Shown here: positions 54,718-63,349 of the stretch, in pieces
Layout of the letters: each line of letters starts with the position of its first letter
How positions within the stretch are numbered: the first letter of the stretch is position 1
Virus record (IMG/VR): IMGVR_UViG_3300045988_074170
Origin: a virus
Direction: 5' to 3' (one strand)
Length of the DNA stretch: 64,000 nucleotides
Program-made: the position numbers and the translations under genes
Notes under the pieces: generated by a model
Database searches by the model: none
Told to the model about the DNA's origin: nothing
Seen by the model: the letters and a program-made list of their open reading frames with translations, nothing else

Positions 54718-55752
54718 TTAATCGATTAATAATTCTCCTGGCTTGGGCAACTTAGCATTCCACTTCGGGGGGAATACGAACTCAATCTTCTTCGGACTCT
54801 TTTCGTAGGTGTGCTTGATACGTTCATTTCTACCTTTGTTGAAAGACGCTCCTAATCCCTTTGCAAACTTCGATGTTTCACAGAAACAGTTCTGAAGATT
54901 TGTAAGAGTAGGAACAGGCTCCCACGGTAACGGGTTCCACTTCATACCTGTCTTTTCGCAGAAGTCACCCATCAGCCTTTCAAAGTTGTCGTGAACCCAC
55001 TTGATAGTGCCCACATAGTCATAACGCTTTCCGGACGCTCCGTCAAATGTCCAACCGATACCTTTCAGCGACCCTGGACCAGTGATGACAAAATCGTTTT
55101 CCGAAAAGTTAAACAGGGGTGAATAATTCAGGTCAATGCAATATTGCTGAGCCGTGAAGTCCCCGTAGATTTTCATATTCCTGAAAACCCAATACAAGTC
55201 CTCAAAGGTCTTCGCCTCTAAGAAGTCATACAAGTGTCCGTTCTGAAAGATTTCATCTTCGAAGATACGAAAGTGGGCACGATGCTTGCTCATCCCTGTA
55301 ATATGTTTATATTCGGGATATTGATAGAAGAAGCAGTTCACGATGTAGGCATTACCATATATCGTGTCTCCGCCATCAACAACCTTGTCAAGAAACTTCG
55401 CTATGTTTTCCAAGCCTGTTTCGTAGGTGATGTCCCCGAACTCCTTTTCCAACAAATCCCACGTTTCGTTCTTATTGAAATGCTTGAAAAGCAATATGCG
55501 AAAGAACATATCCTCTGGTTCATACTGTTTGCCATTGTAAATTACACGGCTCAACAGGTATTGGCTGACCCTATCCAAGCATCTATAAACATTGGTGAAC
55601 TTGAATCCCCGAAGTATTTCATCGTCTGTCCATGGTCCAACCTGTCCATTGTACTTTTTCCAGAAAATGTTTTGTCTTTCGCATATCCAATACAAAAACC
55701 AATTAAATGTTTCTAATGGAACTGGCTTAAACGATTTTATATCTTTTCCCAT
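54718..55752 (-). CDS. aGPT-Pplase-like protein (alpha-glutamyl/putrescinyl-thymine pyrophosphorylase family candidate)
   Basis: The N-terminal segment ERQNIFWKKYNGQVGPWTDDEILRGFKFTNVYRCLDRVSQYL matches my recollection of the PWT-D-x-IL...F-x-NV-[YF]-R-x-x-DR signature. This is not verified by a search. Confidence 0.5.
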   Translation of the reverse strand: MGKDIKSFKPVPLETFNWFLYWICERQNIFWKKYNGQVGPWTDDEILRGFKFTNVYRCLDRVSQYLLSRVIYNGKQYEPEDMFFRILLFKHFNKNETWDLLEKEFGDITYETGLENIAKFLDKVVDGGDTIYGNAYIVNCFFYQYPEYKHITGMSKHRAHFRIFEDEIFQNGHLYDFLEAKTFEDLYWVFRNMKIYGDFTAQQYCIDLNYSPLFNFSENDFVITGPGSLKGIGWTFDGASGKRYDYVGTIKWVHDNFERLMGDFCEKTGMKWNPLPWEPVPTLTNLQNCFCETSKFAKGLGASFNKGRNERIKHTYEKSPKKIEFVFPPKWNAKLPKPGELLID

Positions 55753-56521
55753 TCGTTAATTCTCTTGATTTTATAAATTTACATAAAGATTTCCGGCACA
55801 CCCCTAAAGATTCTTTAGCAATTCCAATTGAATCAAAAGTCCTCAAAATTTCCCCTGAGTCAGAAATTTCAATCACTCTTTTAGAACGTTCCCGTTTAAA
55901 ATCTTCAGAATGATGCTTACCATAAAAAGGATTCTTTTCTCCTAATTTTGATTTAGAAAGATTTAACTTGTGAGTTTCAGAAAATTTCCTTCCCTTCCTT
56001 GCTAAAGACATTTTCAAACGAACCTCTACAGAGGCTTTCTTTCCTAAATGTGCTTTAGAAATACGCTTTCGACCCTCTTCGGTTAAATAACACTTTCCTC
56101 TTCTACTTTCCGCAGATTTTCTTATTGATTCTTTTGATGGATGATAACCCTTTCGAGCTAAAGACATATTTCTACGACCTTCTTCTGAAACTTTCCAAGA
56201 CGCACCCAATGTGCCTTCACCACCATCCGTCGTATTGTACCCGTTGCGTCGGGTGTCGTACTTCTGAATGAAGTGTCTCTCAAGGAAGTCAAGCTTCGCT
56301 TTAAGAGCCTGTAAAGAGGAAGCCTCAACCGATATGACTTCCTCTATTGTGAAGTTCTTGGAACCGTACTTTCGAATCGCTCTATGAAACTTGAGAGCGG
56401 AACCGTTGTTAGCGGAAACAACATGCTGGCGCCACCGTGCCTCAATCGACCTAACAGTTTGCCCAAAATACGGCTTTCCATTCTTTAGGCAAGTGACGCA
56501 ATATATTATCCCGCGCTCCAT
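55727..56521 (-). mobile_element. free-standing GIY-YIG homing endonuclease (copy B)
   Basis: MERGIIYCVTCLKNGKPYFGQT, FHRAIRKYG and YNTTDGGEG, followed by repeated basic NUMOD-like modules. Confidence 0.8.
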
Positions 56522-57258
56522 TATTTACCTTTCTCAAACGTTTCAAAAGAGTTTCTTTCAATGTAGTCCGACGCTTCACAGAAAGCCACGAACTCTTCAC
56601 ATAGTTCTGACAGCCCAAAGAAATTGAAAATATGAACACCCAAGTCCCAGACCGGAGCGTCATACGGTTGGTCGTGAAGAACCACACAACCGCCAGCCTC
56701 ATTCACCTCTTCTCCCTCTCTTTGAGCCTTTTCGAAGTCGTGCATAAAGGTTCTGTGCTTTCGCCACATGCAATCTCCCTTAGGAGACTCGCCAGACCTG
56801 TATGCTATCCGAGCACAATACTCATCCCATTGGTCGTCACGGTAATCATACCTGACATGGAGAATGTTCGTAAACTCACTCTCTCCGCATAAATCCAAGG
56901 GACGCAATCGCCATGATACAGTTGTTCCTGCACCATCAATCAAAACTCCATGCCCTGCCTTAGACGTTTCCTTCAAGAAGTAGGATAGACCCTCAGCCTT
57001 GCACAGTCGCGACGTCATACTGTCGTAACCTTGCCAGCGTCGGATACCGCCATTCTCATAGAATTTCCCAACGAAAACCATATTGAAGTCCTCGGAGTAA
57101 ACCCCGACTTCCTTTTCCTTTCCGTCAAGTGTCTTAAACTTGTATGGGCGGAGTTTCATACCTAATGATTCGAAGAACTCGAGGAAGAGGTAAACCCTTG
57201 TAGATTTACCGCTCCCCGAGATGCCTTTAACCAATACTATGGATTCCCCGTCAACCAT
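56521..57258 (-). CDS. P-loop kinase (candidate 5-hydroxymethyl-dU DNA kinase, by context)
   Basis: Walker A is VKGISGSGKST. The only element separating it from the aGPT-Pplase-like gene is a homing endonuclease. Confidence 0.45.
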   Translation of the reverse strand: MVDGESIVLVKGISGSGKSTRVYLFLEFFESLGMKLRPYKFKTLDGKEKEVGVYSEDFNMVFVGKFYENGGIRRWQGYDSMTSRLCKAEGLSYFLKETSKAGHGVLIDGAGTTVSWRLRPLDLCGESEFTNILHVRYDYRDDQWDEYCARIAYRSGESPKGDCMWRKHRTFMHDFEKAQREGEEVNEAGGCVVLHDQPYDAPVWDLGVHIFNFFGLSELCEEFVAFCEASDYIERNSFETFEKGK

Positions 57259-57978
57259 TTACTTCTTCTTTGGAGTTTTCTTTGCGGGTGCAGGTTTGGC
57301 GTCCTCAGCCAGTTCCAACGCTGTTACACGTTTCTTGATAGGCTTGTCGTCACCGAACTTGACCATACACTTTTCTTTTCCGTCTCCGGACTTGTACAGG
57401 CGAGTGATTTCACCAACAGCGTCCTCGCCTTTCAGGATAACTTTCGAACCTACTTTCAGTCCCGGAATTTCTTCCGATTCTTCGAGGTTCTGACGTTTTG
57501 TTTCACGAGGAGTCTTGTCGGCTTTCGCTGACTTCTTTTCCTTCATAGACTTGTCTGATTTAGACGGAGTCTTGCGGTTTTTCTGACGTTCCTCGTACTC
57601 TGCCTCAGCCTTTGCCAAGCGTTCTTCCTCTTCCGGAGTCAGTTGTTCTTCTGACTGATAGGTAGAGTTGCGTTTGTTCTGACGTTTCATTGCTGCTTCG
57701 GGTGAACCGTCTTCAGGGTCGGGGTCTTCAGCAGCCTCTTCTTTCGCAGCTTTCTTAGGAGCAGCCTTTTTGTCAGCTTTCTTTTCAGCGACTTTCTTGG
57801 CTGGAGCTTTCTTAGGAGCTTCCTCTTCTTGAGCGGTTTCGCCACCTAATTTGTCAAGGAACTCTTGAGCTACCTTAACTTCCAATTCACTTGAATTTTC
57901 ATCATTGATGATTTCTTCGAGCTTTTCAGCATCGAACTTTCTGTACTTCATCCGAAGTGCTAATGCATTACTTGCCAT
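57259..57978 (-). CDS. histone-H1-like Lys/Ala/Glu-rich protein with a small C-terminal globular domain
   Basis: Contains APKKAPAKKVAEKKADKKAAPKKAAKEE and ends PAPAKKTPKKK. The C-terminal segment is GLKVGSKVILKGEDAVGEITRLYKSGDGKEKCMVKFGD. Confidence 0.6.
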   Translation of the reverse strand: MASNALALRMKYRKFDAEKLEEIINDENSSELEVKVAQEFLDKLGGETAQEEEAPKKAPAKKVAEKKADKKAAPKKAAKEEAAEDPDPEDGSPEAAMKRQNKRNSTYQSEEQLTPEEEERLAKAEAEYEERQKNRKTPSKSDKSMKEKKSAKADKTPRETKRQNLEESEEIPGLKVGSKVILKGEDAVGEITRLYKSGDGKEKCMVKFGDDKPIKKRVTALELAEDAKPAPAKKTPKKK

Positions 57979-58041
57979 AATCGTTTTTACTTTTAATTAT
58001 TAAAATTGTTTTTCTGTGATGTTTTATCACTTATCTCGCTA

Positions 58042-58049
58042 CAAATATA
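58042..58049 (-). promoter_or_regulatory. -7 box TATATTTG; the -33 box is unclear
   Basis: TATATTTG lies 64 nt upstream of the ATG at 57978. Confidence 0.4.
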
Positions 58050-58096
58050 ACTGGAAATTTTCGAAAAGGTTTAATTTTCTCCCCGAAAAATCGAAA

Positions 58097-58297
58097 TTAT
58101 TTTTTGCCGGAATGACCAAATCCACCCGCACCTCTCTCAGTGTCAGTGAGTTCTTCGACTGAAGAAACTTCGACAACTTCCTCGACTTTTGCATACGGAG
58201 CAAAGACGATTTGGGCAATTCTGTCACCATTCTCGATTGTTTGTGGTTCTGTCGACAGGTTAATCAACGGAACACCTACTTCCCCACGATAATCCAT
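58097..58297 (-). CDS. dut: dUTPase C-terminal part (exon 2 or separate C-fragment)
   Basis: (M)[14 protein letters not shown]...GDRIAQIVF...[11 protein letters not shown] carries dUTPase motifs 3 (second half), 4 and 5. Confidence 0.8.
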   Translation of the reverse strand: MDYRGEVGVPLINLSTEPQTIENGDRIAQIVFAPYAKVEEVVEVSSVEELTDTERGAGGFGHSGKK

Positions 58298-58385
58298 TTA
58301 ATTTTGGAGATTGTTAATCTAACAGGCTCTTTATCCTGCTATTTCTTTGCTTTATTTTGTTATATGCAAAGTTCAGACTATATCT

Positions 58386-59084
58386 TCACTTTCTTTTGAA
58401 AGGCAGGACACTCGTGTCAGCATTACTGTCCTCAACCTTACTTGTTTGGACTCGGCTGTTAGTCGTTGAACCTTCAAGAACATTACTGTTCATGCTTGGC
58501 TGCTGATTGCCCACTTCTGGGTTTTCCAGCAATTCACCCTGTTTTAAGACGCCAATTATTCTGCCTGTTTTATTGTCTCTAATAATTGTCTTTTCAAAAT
58601 TATGAATTGTCGTATGCTCTCCGCGAGTTAAAACTTCAAGATTTTCTAATCGATTGTCAGTCTTATCTTCATTTATATGATGAACATCGTAACAATCTTT
58701 CAAAACTATCCAGCCACATATATTTTCAAACAGTTCTTTAGAAAACTTGTCATAGTTTCTTTCAATGATTAATCTGTGTTTCAATATATAAGTTGCCTTC
58801 CCTCTATCTCGAATTTTACCACCTTTAGGATGTCCAGGAACATTTTCCATTATATAACCTGCTGAATTTATCTTTTCATCATGCTTATAGGAACTATTCA
58901 ACTCCCCTGTCAATCCAAACTGATGGTTCCCCTCACCCGTCATATATCTTGAACGTAAAATCTTTCCACATTCTTTTGAGCATGAAACTCCATGAATTTG
59001 ACGTTTAAGTCTTGACGGCTTTACCCACATTTTAACTCCACAAATTGAACATTGACAATTTGGTTCTCTATCAAATTTTCCCAT
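58386..59084 (-). mobile_element. HNH homing endonuclease inserted within the dUTPase gene
   Basis: HHINEDKTDNRLENLEVLTRGEHTTIH is preceded by an N-terminal Cys-rich region (CQCSICG...CSKECG). The ATG is at 59084; the ORF-track start at 59147 is a TTG. Confidence 0.8.
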
Positions 59085-59143
59085 ACCATTTATATTTATC
59101 GGCACAAAGTTAGTCAACTTTAATAAAGAACCATAGACTCTTA

Positions 59144-59416
59144 TCAAGCAGTCATTAAAAGTCCAGCGTCTATCGTTCCGGGAGCATTGATTACGGTCAG
59201 ACCCTGTTTAACAGCGCAACCGCTGCGAGGTCTAACCTGACCCTCGTACCCCTGTTCGATTTCCATGTACAAACCAGTAGGAATGATTTTACGCTCCATA
59301 GGAGCCAACGTGATTGAACCCTCGGGAAGATAAGCACGCAAGTCCATACCCGAACTGTCTGGAGTTTTGTACTCCGGCAGAGCATTTGTGCTCTTGTTTA
59401 CGATTTTTAATTTCAT
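59144..59416 (-). CDS. dut: dUTPase N-terminal part (exon 1 or separate N-fragment)
   Basis: SSGMDLRAY, RPRSGCAVKQGLTV and NAPGTIDA carry motifs 1, 2 and the first half of motif 3. This is followed by a non-conserved GLLMTA-stop. Confidence 0.8.
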   Translation of the reverse strand: MKLKIVNKSTNALPEYKTPDSSGMDLRAYLPEGSITLAPMERKIIPTGLYMEIEQGYEGQVRPRSGCAVKQGLTVINAPGTIDAGLLMTA

Positions 59417-59440
59417 ACTGTAAATGATTAAAATGAAATG

Positions 59441-59932
59441 TTACAACCAATCAAAATTGTTTATAATTGTGATGTCATTATATTTAACGAGAAAATCACC
59501 TTTCGAGCCTCGAATTTTGACTTCCTCCTTAGCAGGATTGTTGCTTACGACCTCCATTATCGTCCCTTTGTACAGGACTTTGGTATCCCTGTAAAGGATG
59601 TACCAACGGTCATAATTTCCCTGAACTCTTCTCTGTTCTTCGTCTTTGTACTGAAACGCTGGAAGACCTTTCTTTCCCCAGAAATTCTTTTCGACGAACT
59701 CCGCCACATTATATCCAGGAGTGAAAATACTGTCGACGTTGAATTTCACACTCAACTCAATAATCTTCAACCGCTTCTTCTTAGCAATATCCGCTGCGAC
59801 TGACGCATACGTTCCATTACGGTATATAGAGGAACGTAATTTGTGAGTCAGATACTCCAATTGAAGCCGTGTCAAAAACTGTCTGTGGCGCAGTCCTTTG
59901 TCCTCACAGGTTTCTTCTCTTACTTTGTCCAT
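59441..59932 (-). CDS. hypothetical protein (163 aa)
   Basis: ORF in the array. Confidence 0.55.
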   Translation of the reverse strand: MDKVREETCEDKGLRHRQFLTRLQLEYLTHKLRSSIYRNGTYASVAADIAKKKRLKIIELSVKFNVDSIFTPGYNVAEFVEKNFWGKKGLPAFQYKDEEQRRVQGNYDRWYILYRDTKVLYKGTIMEVVSNNPAKEEVKIRGSKGDFLVKYNDITIINNFDWL

Positions 59933-59946
59933 AATTACTCAAATTT

Positions 59947-60657
59947 TTATTTCCATAAATATCCTCGATAAGGCAAACCATCCTCAAGTCTTTTCCTTAA
60001 AGTATGCCCATTCAATTTCAGTTCTCGTTTGATATCAATTATAGTATTCCATTCTTTAATAAATATTCCACCCTTCGAATATTGAAATACTTTTCTACAA
60101 TTATTTTGATACCCAGGTTTTCCCGAATTCGCTTCTGATATTTTTCTTTTTGTTTCTTCTGAATGATGTTTTCCATATAATGGATGATTCTTTCCAGAAA
60201 GTTTATGATTTCCGAAATTCGAATTTAATTCCCCAATTCGTAATTTAGCAGCATCGCTCATTCTTTTCAAAGTCTCATCCGAAAATTTTCTACCTTTCAA
60301 GGCTTTGCTGATTTTAGCAAGTGATTCTTCAGAAAGATTTACTAAACCATCCCCACCATCTGTCGAATTATACCCGTCAATCTTAGTGTTGAACCGCTTT
60401 ATAAGCCTCATTTCAGCGTAGTCAAGTTTCCTCTTGAGAGCATCCTTCGTAGGAGCCTCCACGAACATCACCTCTTCGACCAGGAAGTTCTCCTCACCAT
60501 ACTTTCGTATGGCTCGGTGGAACTTGTGGTCGGAGCCTCGCTGAGAAGAACGAACATGCCGTCTCCAACGACTCCTTATAGAGAGCATCGTTTGCCCGAA
60601 GTACAGTTTCCCAGTGGGCAGACAGGTGACGCAATATATGAAGCCTTTCTGAATCAT
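59947..60657 (-). mobile_element. free-standing GIY-YIG homing endonuclease (copy C)
   Basis: MIQKGFIYCVTCLPTGKLYFGQT, FHRAIRKYGEENF and YNSTDGGDG. It shares a 59-nt identical block with copy A. Confidence 0.8.
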
Positions 60658-61688
60658 AACTTTCCCAAATAAAAATTTAACGGGTCTTCAACATTTTTCA
60701 AAACATCTTCAAGTTCTTCAATTGAAATATTTCCGGGGTCTACTCCTGGAGTTCTAATTGCTGCAACCCAAACTGAATCAAACAAATCCCTCATTCTCAA
60801 GGCTGCTTCTTTACTTTCTTTTATTGTTCCATAGTCGTACAAAAGAATTATATTCTTCACTTTCTTTTTCAAAAGCATATCAATTTGTCCCCGACCAATA
60901 GAATTCCCAAAAGTAAAGCAACATTTCAGCCAATCCTTTTCTGTTAAGTTCAAAAGATTTGAAATTCCTACATAATCAAAAATCCCTTCAACCAAAATAA
61001 CCGTTTCAGTCCTTCCCTCTATCAACTCATCGCAACCCCCTAACAGGTCTTGAAAGTTATTCTCGGAGTTCCTGTAACGTAACACCAAGTCAGCCTCGTG
61101 ACGCTTGTATGCCTCAAGATTTTCTTTGTGCCATTCCTTTGAATACCTACTGCGTGCCCACCACGCCACACACACACCATTGACTTTCATCTTAAAGATG
61201 ATGAAGTTCTTCAACTTCGCTTCCAACGGTGTATTGGTATAGGAAGGCTCGAACTCCGCATAGTGTTCAGGTCGGAACCCACGATTATTCAGGTACTCAT
61301 CATCCACAAGTGGTTTCAGCCGTAACGGAAGAGTAACAGGCTTTAATTCCTCTTCCTGTACCTGTTCCGCATCACCCTCCATCCACTTCGATGTCTCCCC
61401 CTGAATATCACCTATCTTCGGACAGTTCTCAAGTTCATTCGGCTTGACTGTATAGGAGCGTTTCGCGAGGTCTGTTCTACCAAGTTTCTTGAGGAACTCA
61501 TAGACGGACACTTTACGAGGACACTTCCAACAGTGGAACGTTGCCACGCCATTCATGTTGAAGATGATACCCCACTTCCCTGCTTTTCCGCAGAAAGGAC
61601 AGTCCATATCCTTATTCGTGAGCCACCCCTGTGAACCAAATGGCGTGAGATTAAAATCAGCGATTATCTGTTCCTTATCGTACCGCAT
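60654..61688 (-). CDS. DnaG-like primase (zinc finger plus Toprim; start trimmed)
   Basis: The zinc finger is CPFCGKAGKW...HCWKCPRK. Toprim-like segments are TVILVEGIFDYVG and IILLYDYG. The ATG at 61688 is preceded by AAATAATTTCGTT. Confidence 0.7.
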   Translation of the reverse strand: MRYDKEQIIADFNLTPFGSQGWLTNKDMDCPFCGKAGKWGIIFNMNGVATFHCWKCPRKVSVYEFLKKLGRTDLAKRSYTVKPNELENCPKIGDIQGETSKWMEGDAEQVQEEELKPVTLPLRLKPLVDDEYLNNRGFRPEHYAEFEPSYTNTPLEAKLKNFIIFKMKVNGVCVAWWARSRYSKEWHKENLEAYKRHEADLVLRYRNSENNFQDLLGGCDELIEGRTETVILVEGIFDYVGISNLLNLTEKDWLKCCFTFGNSIGRGQIDMLLKKKVKNIILLYDYGTIKESKEAALRMRDLFDSVWVAAIRTPGVDPGNISIEELEDVLKNVEDPLNFYLGKL

Positions 61689-61695
61689 AACGAAA

Positions 61696-63339
61696 TTATT
61701 TCTTGCGAGGTACAGGCTTCCTCGTTGTCTTCGGAGTTTCCTGCACACCCTTGTTTGCTAAATATTCCTTGAGCGACTGTTTAGTCTGTCGCTTATTCAA
61801 CGTCTCTTGTGGCTCCTGCGCAGCCGTTTCACCCTCGCCAACTACCTTTGTTCCGTACACTCCTGGTGCTATCTCTACTCGCTCCTTCTTCTCCCCAACG
61901 GCTGCTTCTCCGTTACCTTTACGGCTGCGACGGCTCTCAAGCCTGTCAAGAGCCGACATATCCAACACCTGCTCAACGATTGTTGAACGTGATATATCGT
62001 AGAAGAAGCCGTTCTCGTAATTAGTAGGGATTCGAATGATGATACCATTGTTTCGGTAGTTTCGTAACTTATCACAATAGATACGAGCCATGTTCTGTTT
62101 GCCCTCTTCAATTGTAATGTTACCTGTAAACACGAACGAGAATGGCTTGATAAGTGTGCGGTCACCCTCTGTATTCTGGCGAGTGATTACCCGTGTCGGG
62201 TCGTTCCATACTTCAATAGGAACGTCTCCCGTCTGGGTCGCTGTAATTACGGCACAGTCGTATTTCTTCGCGATATCCTTTAATCGCTGGGCACACTTCT
62301 GTAACCTGTATTTGATGAAGTTCGGGTCGAAGTCAATCTTCTTATTTTCTCCTGTCAATAACAGGTCAATAGAGTCGACTGTGACCAAGTCAGGATAATA
62401 CCCATACTCTTTTTTATAGTCCTCTATCGCAGCCACCAAGTCGGCTATCGTCATGTCCATCATCTCTTCAGAAGCGTACACGTCAATATCACTGTTCACC
62501 GTTTGCGCCCTCTTGATGAGTGCGGAGATACGTTGTCGGGTCTCATCGCTGACATCACCCCTCATGATTTTCGCATAGGTAGTGTTCGCCAACATTTGGT
62601 CAAACTTAACAACCGCCTCATCACGACCACCCTCTAACTGAAAGTGAAGACAATGATTGTGGGCGATTGATGTATTGTACCAAGAGAAGTATTTAAGAGC
62701 CGTGGATTTACCAACACCGGAACGCATGATGAGTAAGACGGTATCCTGGCGAGGAATTCCCCCATCAGTAATTTCGTCAATCGTTGATATTCCTGTCGGT
62801 ATCTTTGCCCGACGTGTTTCATCCTCGGCTTTCATTTGTGCCGTTCCTATGTTCCGATAGAAATCCCTGTACACCCGTACAAACTTCCCTCGGAACTTGT
62901 CTAAGGAAAAAGCGTTTATTTCCGCCATTCTTTTCTCAAGAAGAAGCATCGCTTCCTCTGGCTTCCCTTCATTATACATATCCGACACTTCGTGCTGAGT
63001 AGCAACAAACGTCTGGCGTCTAATAAAGGTTTCCAATTGCCGTGTCATGGGTTCTACCTCTGGAAGTTTAATTCCCTTGACCTCAGCAATCTTCTTTGAA
63101 ACTTCCTCGTTGTTAGGGAAGGTCATTTCCACCATACCGAATGTCGCCAGATTACCCGTTTTCTTCATCGTATCTGCCAACACTTTCAGCATCGCTTTAC
63201 ACCCTCCCAATTCTCGGGGGAAGTTACTTAAATCAAGATTATCTACCACCAACTCCGCAAACTGTTTATTCGCAAAAGCCAACCTCAACATTTCCTCTAC
63301 AAAGTTAGGTGATAGAATAGCATCAACTTTTTTGCCCAT
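61696..63339 (-). CDS. DnaB-like replicative helicase
   Basis: IPTGISTIDEITDGGIPRQDTVLLIMRSGVGKSTAL contains Walker A. DLVTVDSIDLL is Walker B-like. Confidence 0.75.
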   Translation of the reverse strand: MGKKVDAILSPNFVEEMLRLAFANKQFAELVVDNLDLSNFPRELGGCKAMLKVLADTMKKTGNLATFGMVEMTFPNNEEVSKKIAEVKGIKLPEVEPMTRQLETFIRRQTFVATQHEVSDMYNEGKPEEAMLLLEKRMAEINAFSLDKFRGKFVRVYRDFYRNIGTAQMKAEDETRRAKIPTGISTIDEITDGGIPRQDTVLLIMRSGVGKSTALKYFSWYNTSIAHNHCLHFQLEGGRDEAVVKFDQMLANTTYAKIMRGDVSDETRQRISALIKRAQTVNSDIDVYASEEMMDMTIADLVAAIEDYKKEYGYYPDLVTVDSIDLLLTGENKKIDFDPNFIKYRLQKCAQRLKDIAKKYDCAVITATQTGDVPIEVWNDPTRVITRQNTEGDRTLIKPFSFVFTGNITIEEGKQNMARIYCDKLRNYRNNGIIIRIPTNYENGFFYDISRSTIVEQVLDMSALDRLESRRSRKGNGEAAVGEKKERVEIAPGVYGTKVVGEGETAAQEPQETLNKRQTKQSLKEYLANKGVQETPKTTRKPVPRKK

Positions 63340-63349
63340 ACTAAATTAT

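Noticed and set aside
58039-58230. ORF 58039..58230 (63 aa), which overlaps the dUTPase C-terminal part.
   Set aside because: It lies out of frame within the conserved dUTPase motif 4-5 region and extends into the downstream promoter, so it is spurious.
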